A stretch of DNA of 64,000 bases from Klebsormidium nitens (Eukaryota > Plantae > Klebsormidiophyceae): contig DF237400.1 in assembly GCA_000708835.1 (NCBI GenBank), positions 11,934 to 75,933 of the forward strand. The letters are read 5' to 3'. Each line of letters begins with the position of its first letter. Position 1 is the first letter of the stretch. Below, piece by piece: positions 38,701 through 51,600 of the stretch. Made by a program: the position numbers and the translations under genes. The notes beneath the pieces were generated by a model. That model was given only the letters and a program-made list of their open reading frames with translations. It was not told the origin of the DNA and did not search any database.

Positions 38701-41700
38701 AAAGCTTTTGCTGATGCACATGGCGCCTTGAGAAGAATCATTGAAAGAAGCGGATCACGGCAGGAGGCGCGGAACACAAGATTGTGAAGCGGCTGGATTG
38801 CAGGGTCTAACCTCTTGGACAAAGCGGTAGAGGAAGATAAGCCGGACAGCTTGCAGATTCCCTCGGAGGCCGTACTCGTAGCCCGCGTAGTCGTCGTCGT
38901 CCTTGCTGAACGAGTCGAACTGCAGCTCGACCAGCGAGCTGCTGCTGGCGTCCCGCATGTCGCAGGCCCACGAGTACTGGTGCCCGGGGGGGAGAGTCAG
39001 GTCCGCAATCCGCAGGTTGCCCAAAGACGCGACGATGCGGATCGACGAAGGGTACACCTGGACGATCAAACGGCAAGAATCAATTCCTGGCCGTCTTACT
39101 TGTCCGTGCAAAGATGAACCGCCCACCATCGAAGGACGATTGAACTACTAGCAAACAGAACCCCCTGTAGGAGCCTTAAAACGCAGCTCATGCCCTTGAC
39201 AATCTGTCTTGACTAGCTCGCATGGATCCATGCACAAATTGAGCACAAAATGATCACTCGTCGCATGCGATGCTGAGGACACGTGGCAACGTCTCTTGCT
39301 GCAATGTCTCCTGCTTGAGGATCGGTCGCCAGCTCTCACCTTGAGGTCCATGTGGATGCGCTCCTCGGCGAGCACGGCGAGCTGCTCCCCGTCCTCCAGG
39401 TTGAGGTAGATCCTGGCGGTGTCCATGTCCAGCAGCAGCTGGAAGATGATCCGCACCTTCCCGCGCCCCGCCAGGCCAAACACCACCAGGCCCACGCTGG
39501 CCGCGGCCGCCGCCTCTTGCGCCGCGGTCAAGGCCGCTTGGATGGTGCTCACGTCCAGCCCGAACTCGGTCAAGGCCACCACGGTGGGGCGGTTGCAGAA
39601 GAACTCCAGGGTGGCCACTTGGATTGCCAGCTGCGCATCAACGCCAACGTTCACCGTAAGTCCAGATAGGAAACCAAGTTCCAGATGCGAAATTTGCAGG
39701 AGGGGGAAAACCACCATCTCATAAAGCGGATGGACAAGAAAGTCCGCTAAAGGGTGCTCCCAACGGCGAATCTCAGACGATCGCCGCTCGTAAGCCCTCG
39801 CAACCAGAAATCCGTGTCGTCCACGTTTTGCTGGGACAAAGAAAGTGAAGCGAGAGGACCGCTGCTTTGGCATCGCTCACCTGCGTGTCCAGTCGGTCGT
39901 ACTCCGGGGAGTCCGGTTGCCGAATGACGATCTGCATGGTCACAAAGTCTGCCTCCACTTCCGCCGACACCTCCCCTCCCGCCACCCGCGGCAGCAAGCC
40001 GCCCGAGTGGGCGAACGAAGGCAAGCCGTCCGTGGACGCGTCGTCAGCGGCGTCAAAGTTGAGACGGTCCGAGAACGTCGGGGACTGGAAATTGGTGCGC
40101 CGGGAAGCCACCGAATCTGGAGAACCGGCGAAATCCTCGAGTGCGTCTGCGAACCCGTCGTCATCCGAATCGGGCCCCACACTCTCCTCCAGAATGATGC
40201 GTCGCTCCGGGAGTTTGATTGGCAGCTTCTGCAGGGGGGGTATGCGAGGGGGGGAGGCGGGGCCGTCCTGCTCTCCTTCAGCTTCCAGGAGGGAGCGGGC
40301 GATGTACCGGCAGCGGGGGCCGTTGTGGCCGTACAGAACGTCCTCGATCTCTAATGAGTGCAGGCCGACACCAATGGACAGATCGAAGATGCGCTTTACA
40401 AGCTCCACCTTGCCGCCAAGCGCACGCATCTGCAGAATGACCGCTTCTTGCCACCTGCGCAGCAAGCAAAATGCGTCAGCGTCTCTACGGAGGCCGAGGC
40501 TAGCAGTCTCCACATGCTGAACATGCAGCGTCCGTGCTAGTGAGGCCATCGGAAGAACAGAGTAAGCACCAGTGCAAACAGGCGAGCACATATTGTGGTG
40601 TTCTGCACGATCCAGCCCGCTGCTGCGTTGAGAGGCAATTGCAGCTGAACGCTTTGCCTACCTGTCTCGGTTTATGGCGCCCGCAATGGTGGCTCGAGCG
40701 CTGAGGGACACCGTCAGCTCTTCCAGGACGCCAATGAAGAACACCGATTTGACCGCGGCCGCATCCACCGGCTCGGCGTCTTCCTCGTCGCTGGCCGGCT
40801 CCAGGCCCTCGCCGACGATGGTGAGGGGCAGAGGGACAGAGGCGCGGTAGATGGCTTGGTTCAGGCTGCTGGTCCAGGCGGACAGGGCATCCGCCGAGTC
40901 GAAGCGGAGAACGAGGGAATGGATAGACTCAGCCACCTGCACATGGATGCAAGGAAATCAACAAGAAGTTCTCGTCATGAGTGTCTTGTTTGTCTTGGTT
41001 CTGGAGTCACGCCCGTCCTTGTCTGTGCCACGGATCCAAAACATGCAAAGAATCACGGATCGGCAAAATCTTGCAAAGTCATACTTCTAACCTGACTCTC
41101 CAGAAGTGCGCGGAGCTCTGGCTTTCATGAAAAGCTTTGGTGTCGGTGTCCAGCCGCTGCCGTGCTCACCTTGGAGAGGTCGGCGCCCCGGTCGCAGAGC
41201 GCGACGACATGGTCCCAGCCTCCGATGGCTGCCGGCGGCACGGGCACCAGCTGCTTCCCGTACAGGGTGCTGTACCGCATGTAGCTGCGCGCCGCCTCGC
41301 CCTCCAGCAGGTACAGGTACATCCCGGCGTGCACCGCGTAGCGCTGCTGCCACTGGGCCACGGTCTTACCAATGCCCTGCACCACCGCAAGACACATCTG
41401 AGACCACTTGCTTTCTCTTTCGAAATACGCAGGTATTTGTGACGTTACTTGGGGCGCAGGTGGGTATACTTCCAAAGAGGCACGGCGGACAGCTTCACGT
41501 CCAGACCGGCAGGTGCAGACGGTCCGTGCAGTTGGACAAACAAAGTCTGAAAGTCCAAGAATGGGTGGAAGGACAGCACCGCCAGTGCCGCCGACGAATC
41601 CTCTCTCATGCGGAGAACTTCGTTTGCATCTGACTCGGTGCAGATTCGGCGTGTTGAGGAACGACTCTGATAGGCGACACTAGTGCGTTCTTTACCATTC

Positions 41701-44700
41701 TTGAACGGTCCCTTACAAGGTTCTGATTGACGAGTAAGACTTGTTAACATCGACCTGCTTGTGAAGGCGGCTCTCAAAAGGAAGAACACAGTAAATAAAA
41801 TCGTAATGGCCGGCTATGCTCACCGTCCACGTCAGAACTTGCAATTTTCCAGCATGGTCGCGCTTGCTGAACGCCAGCGATGGAGCCCCCAAATATGTGG
41901 TAAGATCTGCCTGGTCCTCCAGAGGGAAGAGCGTCCGCATAACGGCCATGAGACGCTCGTAGCGGGCCGGGGAGAAGTGGAAGCCGAGGGTCGGCACCCG
42001 GGCAGCGATGCGGGTGGTCGGGTGGGAAGCGTGCGTTGTGTGGATCTGCCAACAGGAAAGAAGCGCTGTTTGTCAGGTGAACAAGCGGAGAAGATCCTCA
42101 AAGAAGAGAATACTAACAACGCTGCGGATTAACAATTGAACCCAGAATTGAGAGCAACGGAAAAGGGGTCGCTATTCAACTCTCGAGAAGCTCCTCGGCT
42201 ACAAGCAAACGTCGTCCATAGATGGCGGCTGCCCCGCATTTCTTAGGCGCAGAGAGCGGAAGGCCTTTATTCAGGCAGGACGAGGCGACTGGCTGCGCCC
42301 CCTTCCGCTCACCTGATGCACCGCCGCTGCCAGGCCGCACTTGTCCAGCACGGGCAGGATCCTGGCCTGCGCGATTGCTGGCCCGCTGCTGCCGGCCTCC
42401 CCTTGCGTGGTCCCGTCCAGCCGGCTTTGCGCCCAGTCGTATGCGCCATCGACCAGCCACGCAGAGATGTCGCTGGCGCGCACCCGGAAGCGCGAGTACA
42501 GCCCGAGCTCCTCGGGGGTCAGGTCATCGGGGCGCTCCTCGGGGTCGGTCCGTAGAGTGAAGTGGCCGAAGTCGAGCAGGAGCTGCGTGCGCGGGACTCG
42601 CTCCTCCCCGGCGGCGGCCACGGGGATGGCGACTTTCGGGGCGTCGATGTCCAGGTCAATGGCGAAGCGCAGCCGCTTCTCCAACGCAGCAGCAACGCGC
42701 TCGCGGGCGGACTTGCGCACAGCTTCGAACGTGCTCTCCAGCGCCGCGGCAGTTTCCAGGCTCATTGCCGGGCTCACCGCGTGGCCCGCCTGAACAAAAG
42801 CAACACAGCGGTCCAGGCTGGCTTTCCACAGGGTGACCTGGCAGGGAGCCACACCGGCGGACAGGCTCCAGTCGAGCGCGCGGTCCCCGGGCGGCGCATG
42901 CACGAAGCGGGCAGTCAGTGCCCCGTCGCGGCCCTCCTGGCGCACGCTCTGCACGAATGATACAGGGGGCTCAGGCGATGCAATGAGCCGATTTCTCCAC
43001 CAATGTCGTCTCGCCCGTTAGAAGTCTGCACCTTGAGCTTAAACTCGCCCCTCGACAGCAAGAAGGCCAGTGCAAGAATATGCAGCCAGCGAGAAAAAAG
43101 CTTGTCTCCGCAAATCGCAGACCTATTTCGACAAATCAGCGTTCTCGAGCGCCATGAGGCAGGCCGCTACCAGAGGCTCACCTTGACGAGCGTCCCCTCT
43201 GGCGCGCTCAGCCCGTACGAGTCCAGCTTGACGTGCGCCTCCACGGTCTTGGGGAAGAGCCGCAGGCCCACTTTGAAGCCCTCGAACGCCCCCTCCAGGA
43301 TCCGCTGCCCCTGCGCGTTCACCATGCGCGCAGCGTTCCGGCGCATGGTCACGTCCACGGCGGTGGCCAGCATGTTGGGCGCCTCGCCGCCCGTGAGGTC
43401 CTCCAGCCGCTCCTCCCCCGGCTGAAACTCGAGCAGCTCATTGATCTTGGCCCACTCGGCCGCGGTGAGCCCCTTGGGCGTGCCCGCCTCGCCGCCGTCG
43501 TCGCCCGCCTCCTGCTGCTGCGCGCCAGAGCCCCAGCCGAAGGACCACCAGTGGCTGCCACGCAGGCGCTCGCGCTCCGCAGCCGCCTCGCGTTGCTTGG
43601 CCGTCTCCACCTGGGCGTGCGCCAGCAGGCGCCACACCATGATCACCTGCAGCGGGGCAGCCAACGCGTGCGTCAGCGTGCCAGCCCGGCCAGACTCGTT
43701 CCATGCAGCAAACGGCTAACAGCGACACCAGAAGACGGGCTCCATCAGGACAGGTGACGAGCGTGCACGCTTGATTTCCCCAGCCGGAAAAGAACGTTCA
43801 CTTGACGTCACTCTACATTCGCTCAAGTGTATAATCTCGCTTGCAGAGCCGGGTAGTAACCGCCAGCATTCAATTGATCGACCTGAATCAATCGACAGGA
43901 TGCACATGGCCGCCTCACCTCAGGTTCAAGCTGGCTATCAAAATCCCTGATCTCCTGATTCTGCACTTTGGACCCCACTGCGGCTCCAGACTGCAGGCTG
44001 CTGCTGTACAGGCCGATGTATCGCCGCCGCTTCTCGCACAAAGTCTGAACACCCTGCCACGACATATGCCGCCTGCGAAAGCACAGCGGCCAGTCACGAG
44101 AAGCTGGGTTTGCGGCCCAAAAAAGGCAACAGAAAACCGAAGCCACACTAAGAAGGCAAGGAGCAACCTAGTGAAGCGACGCCGACGATCCTGCCGGATG
44201 GCTAGGACATACGAGCGAACGCAAAATGCTGCAATTCAGATCGGATGGAACTTCGTGACAAACCTGTACAGATTCCGGTCCTGCAACACCGCCTTGTATG
44301 CGAATTGCCACCAGGCCTGCCGATCCGCGTGGACCGGGACACGGGGCCGCAACGCTGCGTACTGGCTCCGAGCCCGGTACTCCGAGACGCGCTCCATCAT
44401 CTTGACGACATCACAGTATTGCGCCTGCAATAAGGAGACAGACGATCGGAAACCAGAGATAGCGCAGAGTGGCGAATTTTCGAGCATCCTAAGAGTCGCA
44501 GAAAGGGACTGGAGCTCCGTTTGTTCTCGCAAGGGGCAGTGTCGGCCACCTGGCGCAGGCGTCCTCAACCCCTCATCTCCAGTTGCGGTGGCTCACCTCC
44601 GACACGGTGAGCGCGACCTCGTCCAGCACGACGGCGACCCTCTGGAACGGCTCGTGGGGCAGGCGCGCGTCCCGCTTGCCGCGCCGCAGGTACTGCAGCT

Positions 44701-47700
44701 TGCCCCCGATGGGCTGCAGCAGGTACTGCCGCCCCGCGGCCCAGTCCACCTGCGGGAGGGCCTCCGCCAGGCCGGGGCGGGGGCGGCTCTCCACGCTGCC
44801 GCCAGAGATGCCAGGCTCGAAAATCTGGTCACGGGGCGTCAAAACGGTCAGACTTTCATGTAGGCTAGACGAAAGTCCTGTTGCTGGCAGATCTAAGATG
44901 ATGCCCGAGGAGTTCTCTAGTATTGCGCCGTTCAGAGAAGTTTGCAGCGTACCCGCTATCTTACTCAACAGACTAGAAAGACGAGCATGTAAAAGACAAG
45001 CAGACAAGCAAGGACACGTTCATCTTCGCTTGCCTCACGCTTTTCAGGTAGTAGTAGGGGAAACCTTCAAAATTTGCAAAATTCGTGGGTGAAAGTTTCT
45101 GCTTCAAATGGAACGCAAGATTGTTTGATCGTCTTCCTTCCGATCCAAGTCTGCTTTTAGGAGGGAGTCGGGTGAGCTCTGAGTAGAGATATACTTGCAG
45201 ATGTACCAAGCATGCCCCCTTGCGGTAGCAGAACATCAGCTTTGAAGCACACCAATGTAGAAAGGGAAGCGGACATCACATTCAAGAGGTTCCACAAGTG
45301 AGGCGTGCCTTGAGCGGCCTAACCCAAGGGCTCCCACATCTCATCACCACAACCTCCTCGTACTGCAAGTTCTGAACAACCACGTACTCAGCTTATTTAA
45401 GTGATTGACTCTAAGAAGACATCGCCTTTTCTGTCAGGCAGACGATCGTCCACTCACTTCGCTCCACTCTCCAGGTGACATGTCTTCCCACTTGCGGGAC
45501 ACTTTCCATGGTGTGCTGTTTGGGTTGTGGTAGACAGCAAGCCGCTCCAACTCAACAGCCTGGAGGAAGCGTGACACGCAACCTGTGAGTTCATATGCAC
45601 GAGAATACTTGCACACCTATCTTACAGACCGATAGGTGCTCTAGCCGACTCTCCTGCAACGAACGAAAGCAGGCTATTGACCGGACTCGAACTACGACAA
45701 ATCTCCGCATGGCTTCTTGCAGCGACTCCAGGGCAGGTTCCACAGGGTTTGCATTTCCAGCTCTGCAACTTGCCTTTCTGAGCCGGTCAAGTGCGCCACT
45801 GGCAACGAAAGTCTCCACCCCGTTGTCGTCGGTGGTGACAGCGGCAAGCTTGGCCAGAGTAATCCCCGCACAGAAAGGGTGTCCAACGTTACTGGTGCAG
45901 TCGGAAGGAACGGATCAGCATCATGACAAGATGCAGAAAGTCTACCTTGAGAAGCGCAGTAAAGATCCGCACCAAGTTGAGAACAAAGAACATATGATTC
46001 TGACAAGGAGGACTCGATTCCAATAGTCCAGAAGAACTCTTGATCATTTTCAGGGGACTCTGCAAAGTGATGTGTGCACTCACCTTGTGGTGTCTTCATA
46101 TCGGATGTGAACGTTGGTGATGGACAACTTCAAGTTGCCAACAACTGTGGCTAAAAGAGAACCGATCCAGGAGCCTCCCTGAGACAAAACACGTTGGTTG
46201 GGTTTCAGGTTTGCAATGGCACAGCCAAATCCGCGTGAGCTAACGCAGTGACTCAGTGCATCACTTGGGCTAGTTTCTCTGCATGGGGACACACCTCATG
46301 ACCTTGATCAAGCCGCATCGTTGGGCACATGCAGGGGCCATACCTCGGGTGCCGCAGGTGCAGCTTTCTTGTCCCTTGCTTCGAGCATGGCCAACTCGGC
46401 CTCCTGCAAGAAGGCAAGGCAATCAATTTACAGGACCCTCAGGAAAGTCGTGAATGACCGAAGCACCTCAGTAGATAATCCATCTGATGGCTCTACAATT
46501 GCAGAAGGACAAGCCAGCGTCGATAAAGCATGTCTGCCCTCTACCCGGAAGAAATATATGTATCCCAACTCCTACAGCGAGTGATCCAGGACCCCTCGCT
46601 TCTGAAGTTGGCTGGAGTTACAGACCTCGATTCGGCGGCGCTTTGCTTCTCGCTTCTTCTCCTCGTCATCGTCTCCGCCAGTATAGGCCTCCACCAGGGG
46701 CTCAGCCAGAATGAAGATTCTGTCCAAGAGGACGACGACCGGTTCCTTGCCAAGGCGGTTCCATGGGACCTGCAAAACGCACCTCGTCAAGACCTTCAAT
46801 CAGGTTCTGAGGGGCACAACTTGACGTTGCAACAAAGGCGGCCATCCATCTCAACAGGATGCTTCAAGAGAGAGCCTCTCCTCTGAAAATTCTATGCCTG
46901 CCCACGCCTGCTCACCTTAAGTCGAATGGACCCAAGGAAGCCAGCCTTGACAATGATGGGGAGCTTGAGGGCGTTGAGAGCTTCAGCCTTAAGCTGGAGA
47001 TCTTTGAGCACCACATCTCCTGCAAGACCGCGCACGGCTTTGATTTGACCTGAGGACTATCTTAGGACCTCAACTTCACAGGGATCAGATAGCAGCCTCC
47101 ACAGGTCTACACCCCAGATCTAGAAGCACAACTCACTGTTGCCGATAAACCAATTGGGATACTCCATACTATGGGTTTCGAAGGTTGCATGCAATGACTT
47201 ATTTCTGAGCTGATTGATGAGTGGCGCGACTAGAGCATAGCTGCATTATCTATCTTTCTGTGCTTGCAACCCCCAACTCTGAAGGACGCCGGCGGTGGTA
47301 CATCGAGTTCAAACAGACAAAATCGAGGTCAGAGGTGAACTTGGAATCATGGGGCAGACGGACCTGATCAAATAATGTCGGATTCCATAACGTTTCCATC
47401 ATATGGATATGGATAGTCTTGGGCCGTTTCGCTCTGGACTTTTCAAGATCACGGGCAATTCTGAAGTATAGCCCCATCTACAAAGCGCTGGTCTCCCATC
47501 CTTCTGAAACTAGCTGGTCTTCCATTTGCCCCTCACCTTGCCACACGCTAATTTTCAGTGCCTCCAAGGAGAGACCCCGGACGTACTCACCAAGGTACCG
47601 CTGCAGCATGTGCAGCACCTACAAAACGAATCTAAACCCTTCAAAACATTATATCAAAGAGAAACCCAAGGAGGCAATGCACATCAAGCACAAGCCCACA

Positions 47701-47797
47701 AGCTAGTGAAGTTGTTACAGACGCACTGTATCGCACAACAAGACAACCTTCACTAAATTCCCAGTGCTGGTGAAAATCTCACATGGGCCTCGAACAT
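19192..47797 (-). CDS. VPS13: VPS13 bridge-like lipid transfer protein, plant VPS13M type; dozens of exons over 28.6 kb
   Basis: Start exons 47797-47783 (MFEAH) and 47618-47537 (VLHMLQRYLGEYVRGLSLEALKISVWQG), followed by DVVLKDLQLKAEAL..LKVPWNRLGKEPVVVLLDRIF (chorein N). Downstream exons encode PH, Vps62-like, C2, Dysferlin/peroxin, VAB/SHR-BD, ATG2_C and PH-like segments. Last exon is 19521-19192. Not every internal exon boundary was verified. Confidence 0.96.
22082..22126. repeat. Short direct repeat in a VPS13 intron
   Basis: CCCAAAAGGGAATCCGAA twice, about 27 bp apart. Confidence 0.85.
29440..30960 (-). other. VPS13 C2 domain followed by Dysferlin/peroxin-like domain
   Basis: QRARTRCVEP...VRWDEVFLFEIP...LELTVLNQAANGGRGEPVGAASI (C2). 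EEQFENQRYQPIRGWG and LPPGWEWSSDWHVD...DGWAY...RRRRWIRTR (DysF). Confidence 0.8.
32600..35050 (-). other. VPS13 internal Vps62/DUF946-like repeats
   Basis: Repeated FxxIW...FWRPxxPPGYAVVGDC, VWLPVAPQGYVAVGCVA, VSIWRPIVPTGYAMLGD, VWLPVAPPGYVALGCV units. Confidence 0.8.
40800..41400 (-). other. VPS13 internal PH-like domain exons
   Basis: WQQRYAVHAGMYLYLLEGEAARSYMRYSTL...SLVLRFDSADALSAWTSSLNQAIYRAS has the PH beta-strand pattern and the C-terminal W-containing helix. Confidence 0.75.
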
Positions 47798-48656
47798 CGT
47801 GTAAAAGATTTCAGCCCTCTTGTGATGTCCGCCCAGGGTCAAACATTGGGAAGCTGGGAAGACAACTACCACTCAGCCCGTTCAGCATTCTCCCCTTTCT
47901 GATCAACTTCTAATGCCCGTAGCTTGCACTAATCAGTCATGTAGCAGCCGGTGCCGCAACCCGCTGCTCAGACACCAGTTAGAGCTCTCCACCAACTTGT
48001 TTGTGCCTCATAAAGCTTGAAAGTTGCATGCACTTGATGAAAGTTGGGATTTCTCGTCTTCTGTGATCACTATGAAGTTGTGCGCTGTGCTGCTGCATTT
48101 TGCACTGCATGCTGCTGCTAAGCCTTGGTACTGAATGCTGGCCGTCCCTGTCCGGCGGATTCCGGTCCCACCAACTTCAACTTTAAGTTCCCAGACTGGC
48201 CAGCGAACTCGGAATCTGGACCACGGTGAGGGCCTTTGATCGACGGTAGAGAAGCTGCACGCTTTCCAGGAAGGATGCCACGCTGGCGTGAACCAATACC
48301 CTGGCCTCCTTTCCGGCCACGTTGGCAAAAAGCAGCGTGTGAAAAGGCAAATGAAAGCCATGCCAAAAATCCAGCCCAGGATAAACATGCCTCGTGGTTC
48401 AAACTTCAGTCTTCAGTGACTGTGTCGTGCACCCATTCTTGCCAGTTCAGCCCTCTGCCTCTGGCTTTGCTGCACGGAGAACGAGCTAGGAGATTGGTTG
48501 ATGGACGTGGTGTGGACGGTGGTGGAATGGCGTAGAGAGTTGCATTGTTATTATGAAGCACGAGGCCAGAGCTATGAAGCTTATCCCGTTGTAGACAAGG
48601 CGTGGGTTATTGCAGAGGGTCTTACCGACGAGGTCTTGTAACCATTTCCGTCAGCG
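47798..48656. promoter_or_regulatory. Divergent promoter/5'UTR region between VPS13 and the TIC100-like gene
   Basis: Opposed ATGs at 47797 (-) and 48657 (+), about 860 bp apart. Confidence 0.55.
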
Positions 48657-51600
48657 ATGGCGCCGAAAAAGCCACCCGCAAATGGCAGCCTCCCTGAGCC
48701 CAATGCTGGTCTGTCAGCCGATCGCGACGATGCTGAGCGCATCCGTCAGGCAGCGGAAGAAGCGCTGTGGGTGGAGAGTGCTGAAGAGTGGTTGGAAGAG
48801 GTCGATGACATGTACTCAATGGAGGATGAGGAGGATGAGGAAGAGGACGAGGATGCGGAGGCTACTGCTTCCACCCAGGATCAGATCACTCAGCAGAATC
48901 GACCTGACACGCATGAAATGAAGTCTCTGAAGCTGGTGGCGGAGCTGGCGGAGGAGGAGCTCAAGGACCCGGAGTCCTTCCCTGTCCTGCACCCCGAATA
49001 TGGGATAGAAGTTCCCCATGAAGGCGGCCTAGAGTGGAAGTGTGTGTACGGTAGAAAAGGAGCCAAGTGAGTGATACAGGAGCCAAATTGTGTAGCGCTT
49101 TTGCCGGTAACTTCTGGGTTCATCACTTGCTCAATTGCTTCAGCACCCTTTCGAACCGCCTGTGATGATTGGTGTTGCTCGTTTGATGAGCATTGCTACG
49201 CAAGCTGATGGTGACAAGAGCAATGTGAGAAGGTGTTTGCAAAAGGTAGTAGTGTAATTCTGGTCCGGTTTGAAGTTGGCGCCAGGTCACGTCGCCCTGC
49301 TGGCTGGATGTTGTATTCGTTGATTTGGAGTCAATTTTGACAAGCTTTTAGGCACAGTTGTCCTGCAATGAATGCAGAACATGCATCAAATTCGTTCATA
49401 TCAGCAGGACTCTACCGCGGCTCGTGCCAGCGGAAGCAACATGGATCGTCAAAAGCAAAGCATTCGTTGCTTTTTCGCAAGGTGGAATAGCCATTACCAG
49501 AGTCGTGGGCCATTGCTGCTGCAGCATCCATAAGCGCCACATTGCACTTGTTGTTGATGCAGGTATGAAGGGACGCTGGATGTATATCGCAGTCAGCAAG
49601 TGTTTGGCATGAACCAGCCGGAGGGTGGCCCCCCGGACAGCGATGCCCCCTTGCGAGTGACCAACAAGAACAGCTCCACCCTGGTATACAACCTGGTGTA
49701 TCGCGAGTACATCATGGGCAGGGGTGTACATCAAGACCTGCTGGGGGACCAGTGAGTCATGCAGCACTTGGGCTCCAACTCCTGCCATGAGCAACTACAG
49801 TTGAAAGCAACCAGTGTTTGTCTGCCGTTTGTCAGCTTCCTGCTTGGGACGAGCGTACCATCATAAGTCAGGAAACCTCCATTTGCAGCGGCGCTGAGGT
49901 CGTCTAGCACAAAGCGCCTGCATTGCAGGGGGAATCCGATTCTAAGCATCATCTCACAGCGTTGCCCTTGACATGACATGGGCAAGTACCAGTTCTTAGA
50001 TTCTGGCCATGTCCCTGTGGCAGGTATGCCGGTGAGTGGTGGGGCGGCCTCCGGCAGGGCCATGGCACTCAGACGTGGATCAATCGGGAGCACATCAAGA
50101 CGGTGGACGATGAAGACATGTACAAGACGGACGTTGATGATCCGTCCACTGTAGACGCTGCAGACAGCCTGGACAAGAGTGACAAGTTTTGGGACAAGAG
50201 GCACCCCTTTTACACCGGCAAGCGCAGGTTTGCCTACCTGCATGACAAAGACGAGGAGCCGGGCTGGATCCGCCCGGAGGATGGGGAGCTGCGCGGCAAG
50301 CACGGCGCCTTCCCTGACATCTACCAGTGGACAACGTGAGCCTGCTGACTGACCGCCAGGGGCATCGCTCTTGCAATGCTGTTTCAACACTTGGCGGAGA
50401 GCAGGCAAATGCCCTGCTTCTGCAAAGCTCCTCTGACATCTCTGATGTGCCTCTGCTGTAGCCTTTGAAGGACACTTGGTAGAGGTTCTGCTTGTCAGCA
50501 AAGGCTACCACCATGTGCTCAGGTCTGCAGCTTGAGTCGCCCATAGTTTTTGCGAAGGCTGCTGGCGTCATTGGCTGTCCCGAAGGCAATCAATTGTCCT
50601 TCGTGTGGTCGTCAGCACGTGTGCTCAGTGCGCGCACCTATTCGCTTCTTCTCAGGGCCGACAATCTGGTGGGGACCTACTCTGGCCAGTGGTATCGGGA
50701 CACACCTGAGGGTTGCGGGGTTATGGTCTGGAGCGATGGAACCTCCCTTGCGGTAAGGCCCCTCTCTGTTGGCCATGTGTGATTGCTGCCATCGAGTAGC
50801 AATGATTGCATAGAGGTCATGCTATTATCCAACCAGTGGCTGGGCCGTTGCTGTGTAAGACACATAGCCGTTTTCCTGCACATCACCATGGTGTCACTGT
50901 GCAGGGAGAGTGGCGCCGGGGAGCTTACATTGGGAATTTCCCGGTGTGCACTTACCAAGAAGCAGATGTGAGTTCTCTGTCTACTCTGCTGTCAATTGCA
51001 TCAATTGGGAAGCCTGCTTGTTGCCCATCTGGAGTTGCTGGCTTGTTTGCAAGGAAGGTTAAAGTCTCGCATAACTGCTCTTTTCTTTCAGGATTGAAGC
51101 CTCAGCTTTTACTAACATTCCAATTGTGTTGCAGTTTCACATGCGCCTTGCCCAGCTCGCTGCTCAGAAAGCGAAAATGTTTCAGTACAAGCCCCAAGAC
51201 AGTAAGGGCCAGCTTTCTTTTCTGTGGTGGATAGCTTCTGTGAGAACCAGTGATTGACGAAGCACTTTAGTTCGCCTATGTAGACCCCAATCTAAGGGAC
51301 CAACTCGCAGATTGATGTCTTCAGTGCCCCTCCTGGCAGTCTTCCTGAAAGAGTGTTGATGTGTGGTTTGTGGGCGATAGCAGGAGGTTTGCGGGGACAA
51401 ATCGAAGTCACTCTTCCTCACGCCTCATCTCCACTGCATTGCTGCAGCTCCAATGCGGATCATGTGTGTTTGACCCGTCTGTTCATTGAGCGCTCTGACA
51501 AGCCTTTCCCCCTCGCTTTTAAGGCTCTGGGCTGCCATACTTGTGGGCATGACTTGTTCAACAGCCCCTGGATTGACCATTGCTGTTGGTGTCTGCAGTG

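Noticed and set aside
27190-44863. Many long plus-strand or off-frame ORFs (27190-27882, 29960-31048, 30047-31006, 34498-35433, 43841-44863)
   Set aside because: They overlap well-supported VPS13 exons and are explained by GC-rich codon bias giving few stop codons.
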